From Giardia intestinalis (Eukaryota), in assembly GCA_000002435.2 (NCBI GenBank), contig CM018791.1: a stretch of 64,000 nt of DNA; one strand, 5' to 3'. Of the stretch, positions 19,101-26,600 are shown piece after piece; within the stretch, counting starts at the first letter, position 1; each line of letters opens with the position of its first letter. The translations under genes were made by a program, and so were the position numbers. A model generated the notes under the pieces. The model was not told the DNA's origin. It saw only the letters and a program-made list of their open reading frames with translations, and ran no database searches.

Positions 19101-19491
19101 GGAGCAGGAGCAACTACTTCAATATATGGAAGCGCAAAGCAAAAAGTCGATCCATACGTCAACAGAGTCAGCAGAAAGGCTTATTGCCGTTGAAAAGGAG
19201 AATGCACGGCTCACTGAAATCTTACGGGCCGTTACAGCTTCTTTGGGTAAGGATGGTGCTGCCAAGGTCATCTCCATCTCAAGGAACCCCGCAGGGTATA
19301 CCCGAGCACAGTCATCTCCATCGCTAGATGACGGAAGAAGTGGTGTGTTGCTTAGCGTTAAGCTACCGCCCGGAAGATTGCCTCCGTTGAGTCCTGACCC
19401 AGAAGCCTTGTCTCCGCATGCTGCCAGCAAAGCTTCTAACGTTGCGAAAAGAAAGAGTCCCAGCCAGGCCGTCATCCTTTCGCGGTCCTGA
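16186..19491 (+). CDS. Hypothetical large protein (1101 aa) with a C-terminal coiled-coil segment
   Basis: Long uninterrupted ORF whose ATG lies behind a textbook A/T initiator. Coiled-coil-like heptads run ~18900-19250 (LKALVLEQEQLLQYMEAQ...). No recognisable catalytic motif. Confidence 0.6.
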   Translation: MFGYITCATTGIVLDRLKTATHVELHFCIRSCTDPPNIMATSPTVFTPLQLKDKRKGVYTPKITDITLPIPLLSDLDAHELCISVLLAEVAKDGTTACADLVHVCSRATLAEILAGRTVEETAPFSSPAASPCTDHIKLSLSYRKPLRKANSAAYECLRLDTLFIQLADITLPLSKRSYLDEQRLCLRVCTQTYASEFPLAELPRDHSTKRSYQLASPVPISIPYSPVITFQVVFLYSVTVSETFFRLNGLQVGSPSANSHSFCDYVPIFQCSISSKKNLYKYQSFGVPLSLCFPPSLISSDLVSFYDVICASLQLAADSTHKKAPRSLTDLLGHLKEAVIPHIFEGIFLRGEDIADVFSPYRSTITLTNHSKSDSARFKAYEKILQYAGLTDTLLAAVGKDWTDLAVRVGTEVGFSQNVAQNKILFVATFLLDMFEPYSSSAAKRNDTMYPDSTSVSTPGLSESSSFQRFESLNCASRARDMLYAFSSKRQDKDAAASCLTILPIEFSLANALVSNKVCIYTINFSEDGTDANQTFHDAAPIVMSKPELSGSNRGLWQFTLEERRDKAQMIAVGPVLSATQSKVSINRVLLGCKNNAELTFANYLWMLPQVLFLPDSVSSQQMIRDRVTAFEKCVLIACLYDFETGALLARGSLRLKNVTDTFISAATSDLDVEIKLRWFYEQEFSSSVKGVEDTVTFLASCYGFLKELEPAGSPHQSTHTSANVSICGKNSACLVTAENSNRPTSAPSSIHAEAANCSLVRENSPDCPEDLSTIEYVRAQAEPRQFTERSEIVSQDDKGLRTPRLLSGKEIEIIDGTITFQLAPSQRQSTSGPVCGIPNNTKDEIGVLKQLIHTLRKDLDRLTPKTFRQAVAASPSTYAGLEHPISEDLRRKVEVSTGLVMQEEGTTYELCQTIAEKLDRNILAYLLVDMVKQNVQLSKELDGTRDKIDVLESACTTNGAALSKLKALVLEQEQLLQYMEAQSKKSIHTSTESAERLIAVEKENARLTEILRAVTASLGKDGAAKVISISRNPAGYTRAQSSPSLDDGRSGVLLSVKLPPGRLPPLSPDPEALSPHAASKASNVAKRKSPSQAVILSRS

Positions 19492-19547
19492 AAATGGCGT
19501 CCACACGCTCTGCAATGATGTTCGATTAAATATGTAAGTAAAACTTT

Positions 19548-21347
19548 ATGTCTAATAGGTTTACCACCCAGACGGTGTTGGACTCCGTCCTCAAGAGCCG
19601 GGGCCTGTCCAGCTCAGACACGGAAATGCATGAACTCCCTGCTAGGTGGTCAGCAGTGGCGTCACACCTGTCTTCTTTTTTGCAGTGCGAAAATAACCCG
19701 CTGGAGTGCTACACAGCGATGTATGAGGCGGTCATAAGCCAGCCATGTCTCTCCTTCGAGCAGGACTGCCAGTGTGGGTCGTGCTCAGAGCGCGTGACGG
19801 AGTTCTTCCATTTGGGACCTTGTTCTCACAAGCTCTGTAAAGCCTGCCTCAGAAAGATGTTTGACCAACTCAATGATGAATGTCTGGTCTGCAATGAACC
19901 TATTAGAGAGCTCGCCTTCTGCAAACAGCCTGGCTCCATGCCTCCTCCACCGGCGCTTGTGCCGCCGCCTCTTGCTCTTCCTACCAAGGCCACCCCTGCC
20001 CCTGCACCCGCCTGCGAAGAGTGCCCTGTCTTTGCTTCTATTCTTAAAAAGAATGGTCTGCCACCAGACACGTCCGGAATTGTCCATGGATACAAGAAAA
20101 TCAAACAGATTAATTTACTGGAAGATGACTACATATCGTCTCCTCCTACGGGACAGACCCTTATTCCGGAGGAGGACTTGATATACCTCAGGGACTATAT
20201 GAAGTTTCAGTTCCTACACTTCTTCGAGGAAGTCGATGCCAGCGAGACTATCTTTTGCGCATGGAAGGGCGGCGACGCGGCTGAGCACCAACTCGAGTGT
20301 CCTCTCCGCGAAGATACGTGCAAGAATAAGGCACTTGGTTGCAGCTTTATGCAGCCATACATCATTGTAGCGTATCACGGGATAAACTGCGAGAATATAT
20401 GCCTCTACGAAAGTCAGCCGTGCCCTCTATGCAATAAGACAGTACTGAACAAGGACATGTACACCCATGAGGTCACTTGCTCTAAGAAGCTCATAGAAGA
20501 GCATAAGGAGAAGGTCAAGTCTTCGCAGAAAGAGTACATCGCTGGGGCTCAAGCTACTTTCGCTGCTGAGGCCTCCAAGGAAAACTCTCCTATGAAGAGC
20601 GCGTCTCCCAACAATCCGAATAGCAATCCAAGCATCGTCTCTCCTGAGAACAGGTCCGATGATGACATCAAGGGTATCACGATTAGGGATGCCTGCGAAA
20701 ACATGAACGTGCTGGGAGAGATGTATTGCGACCTTGTGACAGCTGCTCGCCCAGATATATACTCTAGCACCTCCAGCGCTGTCAACTCTTCTACTGACGT
20801 AAGGGGAAGCAGGGAGCTTTTACGCGATCCAACGGAGATTGTTGTGATAGGGCCTGCTGAGCTCTCACCTGAACAGGTCAAAGACATAAAAAGAACCAAG
20901 TCTCCCAAGTCTCCGAAGAGGTCTGGTGCATCGGAAAAGAACGATAACTCGAGGAAAGAAAGGAAGGGAACATCAGAGGCGCGTGTCTTATCTTACGAGG
21001 TCTGCTCCACTGGGTCTGGCCATCCGTTTGTGGTCTACAAGATCGAGCTCCCAAGCCAGGACGGCGGAGAGAGCGTAGTCATCCATAAGCGAATGAAGGA
21101 GATCAAGGCGTTCCACAAGCGCCTGCAGCGCAACTTTCCAAGTATCACGCTGCCCAAGCTTCCGCAGGACAGGCCTTGGGCACTCGGAGGGAACAAGCTT
21201 AAGTTTGTTCAGGAGCGCTCCAGACTTTTGGAGGCATATTGTGGAGACATCAATCACAATGCGATGATATATAAATCGAGGATTTATAAAGACTATATTA
21301 ACGAGCAATGCGCTTATGTGCCGATCACTTATGCTCTTAAAGAGTAG
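19548..21347 (+). CDS. RING-finger + TRAF-type zinc-finger + C-terminal PX-domain protein
   Basis: RING-like CQCGSCSERV...GPCSHKLCKACL...CLVCNEPI (about 19764-19908). TRAF-ZnF-like CPLREDTCKNKALGCSF...INCENICLYESQPCPLCNKTV...HEVTC. PX domain YKIELPS...KRMKEIKAFHKRLQRNFPSITLPKLPQDRPWALGGNKLKFVQERSRLLEAYC. ATG behind taagtaaaactttATG. Confidence 0.8.
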   Translation: MSNRFTTQTVLDSVLKSRGLSSSDTEMHELPARWSAVASHLSSFLQCENNPLECYTAMYEAVISQPCLSFEQDCQCGSCSERVTEFFHLGPCSHKLCKACLRKMFDQLNDECLVCNEPIRELAFCKQPGSMPPPPALVPPPLALPTKATPAPAPACEECPVFASILKKNGLPPDTSGIVHGYKKIKQINLLEDDYISSPPTGQTLIPEEDLIYLRDYMKFQFLHFFEEVDASETIFCAWKGGDAAEHQLECPLREDTCKNKALGCSFMQPYIIVAYHGINCENICLYESQPCPLCNKTVLNKDMYTHEVTCSKKLIEEHKEKVKSSQKEYIAGAQATFAAEASKENSPMKSASPNNPNSNPSIVSPENRSDDDIKGITIRDACENMNVLGEMYCDLVTAARPDIYSSTSSAVNSSTDVRGSRELLRDPTEIVVIGPAELSPEQVKDIKRTKSPKSPKRSGASEKNDNSRKERKGTSEARVLSYEVCSTGSGHPFVVYKIELPSQDGGESVVIHKRMKEIKAFHKRLQRNFPSITLPKLPQDRPWALGGNKLKFVQERSRLLEAYCGDINHNAMIYKSRIYKDYINEQCAYVPITYALKE

Positions 21348-21426
21348 GGTGGCCGCTCGGCTGTGGAAAGAATATTCAATTTGACTGGCGGAAGACCGGC
21401 AGTAAATTACTTTAAAAACAATCGCC

Positions 21427-23535
21427 ATGGAGGAGTTTTTTGGGTTTTCAGACGCGCCGGTTGCTCCTGGCCACGTCTCCGAGGAGGCTCTGTTCTTTGG
21501 CTTTGATGACGCCTCCGCTAACCAGCCGCAGCCCCCCGTCTCCATTCCATTTCCAGTTATCAACCAAGTCGCGACCATCCCAAGGTTTCAGGAGTTCCAA
21601 GAGTTCCAGGAGTATGACTCGCCAGAGCTTCGGGCAGCCAGGCAACCCAAGTTCCTGGATCCAGCACTATTTGTGGGCCCTGGGAGAGAGGACGTCATTC
21701 ATGATGTGGTGATAGATGAGGCAAAGTACGACTTCGGCTACGACCTTGACTACCTGCGAGAAACCACAGATGAGATGAAGACCGAAGAGGACGAGGAGGA
21801 CATAATAAGTAGGCTTCCCTACGGCTTTTCCTCCAACTACACATACAAGGACGATATGGCAGATCTTATGCGTAGCAGCCCTGTGAAAGACATTGTTCTC
21901 CCCCGGGTTGGTGTCACTGTAGAGTGCTCCGACAGTGACATGGAAGCAGAATTCAACCGTCTGCAAGCTATAGACTTCAACGAGAAGCGCAAGGACATAG
22001 AACAGATGCTTCGCATTCGTAGAGAGCAGGAGCACCAGAGAAGGCAAGAGGAAGAGCAAGAACGACTGCGGCAAGAGGCCCTTAAAGCTCAGAGCTCAGT
22101 TCCATCCCGGATCCCCTCTATTCCGGCCGCCGCCCCATCTGCCACTATTGCCTCTGATAGAGCAGTCGGACCTGCTGCCGTTCCAAGCCTTCCTCCCCTG
22201 TCTCAGCCAATGGTTGACGTTGCTCCGCAGCCAGAGCCCCAGCCAATTATGGATCTCCTGATAGCTCCAAAGGCAGTGGAGGCGGTGTATGCCCCGTTAC
22301 AAGCTACCCCTGTACAGCCTATCCATACCCAATCTTCCATTTTAGTGCCATCAGCTCCACCAGCGGCTACTCTGGCCCCTCAAGTATGCTCTATTGAGCA
22401 ACCTCCCTCAGAGGATCCTCAGCTAGAGGAAATGTTCGGATTCCAGTCACAACCCGATATTAGTTACTCCCCAGAAGTCAAGGATCTAGATAAGATAGAG
22501 CCAGACTTGACCGCAGATCCTGCCACAAATCCGGTTATCGTGGACCAGCCTGTCTCAAAGTCGTGGAGCGCAAGAGGATCGATACAGCAGCAGCTAGACA
22601 ATCTACAGAGCGAAATAAAGCAACTAGAGCAAGACTCCATGTTTTCTAAAGAAGATAGAAAGCGGAGCAGACACGCAGAAGCCCGTAAATATCTCGAAAC
22701 CAGAACATATACAGACAACTACGACGTTTTCAGACCGTCGCACCATCTACAGAAGTACTATGCAGCGAAGAAGCCAAAACCAAAGCCAAAGGAAACCATT
22801 TATTCCCCATACTCAGAGACGGAGCTATCGAACCAGCGCATGCAAGTGCGAGCAGAGCTGGAGGCTCAGAAGCACAAAGAGCAGCGGGAGCGCAACTACT
22901 ACGAGAAAATTGAGATCAAAAGGCTAACAGCCATGTACTCCAAGCTCGAATCTGAATTAACCGTCAAAGCCATCAGTGAGGAGCTTGCACAAGAAAAACG
23001 TCAGGAATTTGAAAAGTACTTCAAGAGCGCGTCCCTCCTTGAAAAGAGCTCTGACATGTACACCAGCACACACGATGATAAGACCATACGCATACAGGTA
23101 TCTGAGCATAACGCTTTGCATCTCCCCCGGTCCCTCTTCTTCACCCCTGATGGGAAGTATAAAAACTACGTTAGATACCTGGACTATAGGAAGGTTTTCG
23201 ACCGCTTCACGCACACGCAGGTCCTTATGTTCATATTCGCGGTGTCCTCGCAGGAGCGAAAGTTGAAGTGCATTTCCAAGACTTACGAGGACTTTCATGT
23301 CCTTCACAAGGAGCTTGTGGGGGCCTTCGGGTACTCAGCAGTACCTGGGCTTCCCTCCTTCCGATCCATGAACATGGGTGGCGGTAGACATGAGGTCATT
23401 CATGACACTCAAAAGAGACTAACCAAGTACCTGACTGAAATCAACAACGTCCAGGCTCTGCGCACATCCGCCATCTACAGGAGCTTCCTCAAGCACCAGG
23501 ACCTCAACTTTTTCCAGGGGATGCATCGCCACTAG
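21427..23535 (+). CDS. PX-domain protein with N-terminal acidic FFGF motifs (MEEFFGFSDAP, LFFGFDDAS, EEMFGFQSQPD) and a central coiled coil
   Basis: C-terminal PX-like segment KTYEDFHVLHKELVGAFGYSAVPGLPSFRSM...QKRLTKYLTEI. ATG behind tttaaaaacaatcgccATG. Second gene of a head-to-tail run of three. Confidence 0.8.
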   Translation: MEEFFGFSDAPVAPGHVSEEALFFGFDDASANQPQPPVSIPFPVINQVATIPRFQEFQEFQEYDSPELRAARQPKFLDPALFVGPGREDVIHDVVIDEAKYDFGYDLDYLRETTDEMKTEEDEEDIISRLPYGFSSNYTYKDDMADLMRSSPVKDIVLPRVGVTVECSDSDMEAEFNRLQAIDFNEKRKDIEQMLRIRREQEHQRRQEEEQERLRQEALKAQSSVPSRIPSIPAAAPSATIASDRAVGPAAVPSLPPLSQPMVDVAPQPEPQPIMDLLIAPKAVEAVYAPLQATPVQPIHTQSSILVPSAPPAATLAPQVCSIEQPPSEDPQLEEMFGFQSQPDISYSPEVKDLDKIEPDLTADPATNPVIVDQPVSKSWSARGSIQQQLDNLQSEIKQLEQDSMFSKEDRKRSRHAEARKYLETRTYTDNYDVFRPSHHLQKYYAAKKPKPKPKETIYSPYSETELSNQRMQVRAELEAQKHKEQRERNYYEKIEIKRLTAMYSKLESELTVKAISEELAQEKRQEFEKYFKSASLLEKSSDMYTSTHDDKTIRIQVSEHNALHLPRSLFFTPDGKYKNYVRYLDYRKVFDRFTHTQVLMFIFAVSSQERKLKCISKTYEDFHVLHKELVGAFGYSAVPGLPSFRSMNMGGGRHEVIHDTQKRLTKYLTEINNVQALRTSAIYRSFLKHQDLNFFQGMHRH

Positions 23536-23611
23536 CGCTGAGGACTACTTCCTCATGTAAACTTCTTTCTGCGGTTTTTTAAAAGGCGCCTTAAAAAAAA
23601 GTGTCTGACGG

Positions 23612-26600
23612 ATGGAGGACATTGCCTACACCGACGGATACGCTGCGCAGTACGGAGATAATTATGCATATGATGGGTATGGCTATGGTGGTGACCTGGC
23701 TGTGGGAGATTACAATCCGTACGGAACGGACTATGGTTATGATGCAGGAGGCTACGACTATGGTGCCGGGTACGGTGGGTATGGGAATCAAGAGACTGGA
23801 TATGGCGATCAGACATATGGATATGGTGAGCCTGCTGAGCAACCGCAAGACAGTTTATCGCTTAAGCTGGACGAGCCGAAGCCGTTTACTGAGCAAGACG
23901 ATGGGAGGTCCCTCGTCGTCCGTACTGATGCGGCGTCTGTGTCCATGGATCCTTTTAGTGCGCCCATAGATACAGTGACAGAGCCCATAGGTTCACAGAC
24001 GCACACGAGCTCCGCTTTTCCACCTGTCTCTCAGGACTTGCTGAACTCTATCAGGGTCCAGCAAGAGACTAGTGGAAACCTGAGTAAGTCTCCAAGCAAA
24101 ATCTCAAGCAGGCCTGCCTCTGCTAGACTTGACGAGCTTGATAAGGTAATCGAAGAAGATGCAGAACAGCTTAATAGGGAGGCCAAAACAGATACTCACG
24201 TTACTGGTGCTGCCCCCGATACTAGCGATATGTTTGGCTTTACTGACCAACCGGCGGCACCAACAGCTACCGAAGAGCCTGTCGCAACTGCTGGTGACGA
24301 CATGTTTGGATTTGGGCTAGAAAGTGACGCGCACGATGCAACGGTTCAGCCCCCAGTTGAAGATGCAGGGCCTGCTCTACCTGATAAAGAAGCTCCCTCC
24401 ACTGAGGCCGAAGACGATATGTTTGGCTTCGCCACATCTCCTCAGGAGACCATAGCCAGCCCTCCAGCAGGCTCCACCGCCCCTGCTGCTGAGCCTGTTG
24501 ACGACATGTTTGGCTTCACCGATCCTGCCGTCGAATCAGCGGCTACTGCAGAGCCAGGAACAATGGAGGGCGATGATATGTTTGGATTTGGCCCCTCAGA
24601 AAGCACACCTAAAGATCCTGACACTGATGCATCTGCAGTAGCTAAGGATGTAACGGTGGACGCTCAAGATGCTGCCGATGATATGTTCGGTTTTGATGGA
24701 GCGGGCTCCCCTGCAGAGGCTCCTGCACAATCAACCGAAGCAGTAGCAAGCCCAGTTGCTGACTTGGAGACGGACAGCATGTTTGGCTTTGATTCTCCGC
24801 CAGCCCCAGCAGATAATACTACTACTGTGCCTGTGGATGATTCGGCGGATGACCTGTTCGGATTTGGGCCTTCCACTTTAGATGCACAAGGTGAGCCCGC
24901 CCAAGATGCTCAGCCAGATATTCAAGATGTGGCACAAGTCTCCGCTGACAGCATGTTTGGCTTTGACTTGCCAGCTGATGCCTCGGCAACTGTGGAGCCA
25001 TCAACTACCGGCCTTGCTACTGAGAAGCCAGAGGATTCTCCTGTCGATGACATGTTCGGCTTTTCTCCAAACGAAGCAGCAGCTACAGCCAAGTCAGATG
25101 AGGATCAAGAGATAACGCCGGTGAACACCAAGACTTTAGACGAACCATTGTCAGTAGCAAATGATTACACCCAACCAACAGCTGGGCCCTCAGATGACAT
25201 GTTCGGCTTTGGAAACAGCGCAGATCTTCCTCAAACAGATTCTGTACCCCACTCTGGAGCCACGGCTGATAGCATGTTTGGATTTGACTCTGTACCAGCA
25301 ACAGGGGCCTCGGTAGAACCACCAACAGAGACGCCAGAGCTTCACGACGCATCTCAGACACAACCTACTTTGGACATGCCAACAATTCCAGAGCACATCC
25401 CAACTATAGAGGATAACCAAACGGACCTGTCACATGAGAGTCAAAATGAGAGTCAAGTTGCAAGTGAAGAGTCTGATCAGCTAAGAGAGACCAATGAGAC
25501 GCTGGAAGGAGAGGAAATGAATAAGGAACTGGCACAAGAGCCCGCTGTAGAGGATATGTTTGGCTTTGGGGATGCATCAGCGCCAGTGGAGGATTCCTCA
25601 ACAGAAAAGGCCACTGAAAGCCACCCAACTGAGCCACCTAATTTAGCAGATCTTCCACCTCCTGTGTCTGCATCATCACTGCTTCCCGTGCAGACACTTG
25701 AGTCTGCGAAGCAATCCGCAAGAGCTGCAACTACCCCAGTGGCCGATATGGCCATTGATATAGATTCTATGATCTCGGCTGCACTAGTTCCACAGCAACC
25801 CTCCCCCGCTCCTGAACAGAAGGTCGAGGACCAAGTTCTTGACGAATCCTCGCCTAACGTGATAACTGCAGAGCTTCCTCCCATTGTTGTGAAGGGATCT
25901 TTAGAAGAGGCCAACGACAAGTCTGCCGCAGAGTCGCAACATGAACCAGTAGAGCTCTCGGAGGACCGTGACCTCAGTAAAGATATCGAGCTGGTTGCTC
26001 AAGATCCTCTACCGGCCGAGGAGGATACGCAGGATATTTTTGTTGAGCCAGCTGTGCCAGTTGAAGCTCTAGAAAGGTTGGCGATCAGCGAAACGTTCAT
26101 CAAGCTCCAGGAGGAGCTTCAATTTACATACCTGATGCCAGAGCCTAACCGCGAAGAACTAGACAAGCTCCAGATGACTGATCATGAGCAGCAGCTTATT
26201 CAACTTAAGGACGAAGCGGAGCGGCTACAGAGAGAGAATAAGGTGCTCGCAGGCAGAAGTGCGGCTCCCAGGCATCTCCACCCTAACGAGTTTGATAGCA
26301 AATCTATCTCAGTTAGCTTCTTCGAGGGTCTTCTGAATGAGCCCACCCACAGTGATGGCATATCCCTAACGACTGGGGAAGAGCTTCGGCTCTTGGCGAT
26401 TCTGGAGCAGGGAGACTACGAAGCACTTGATGCTCTTCACGGCATGTCTCCAGAGGAGCTTCAGTTAATGGAGCAACGAGAACGCGAGTTCAATTTGAAG
26501 CTCAAGGAACTCACCGACCGCCGAGACGAGCTGTTGTACAAGGATGATACGGAGGCTTTAAAACTCATTGAGGAAGAGATCTGGGCCTTTGTAGACGCTG

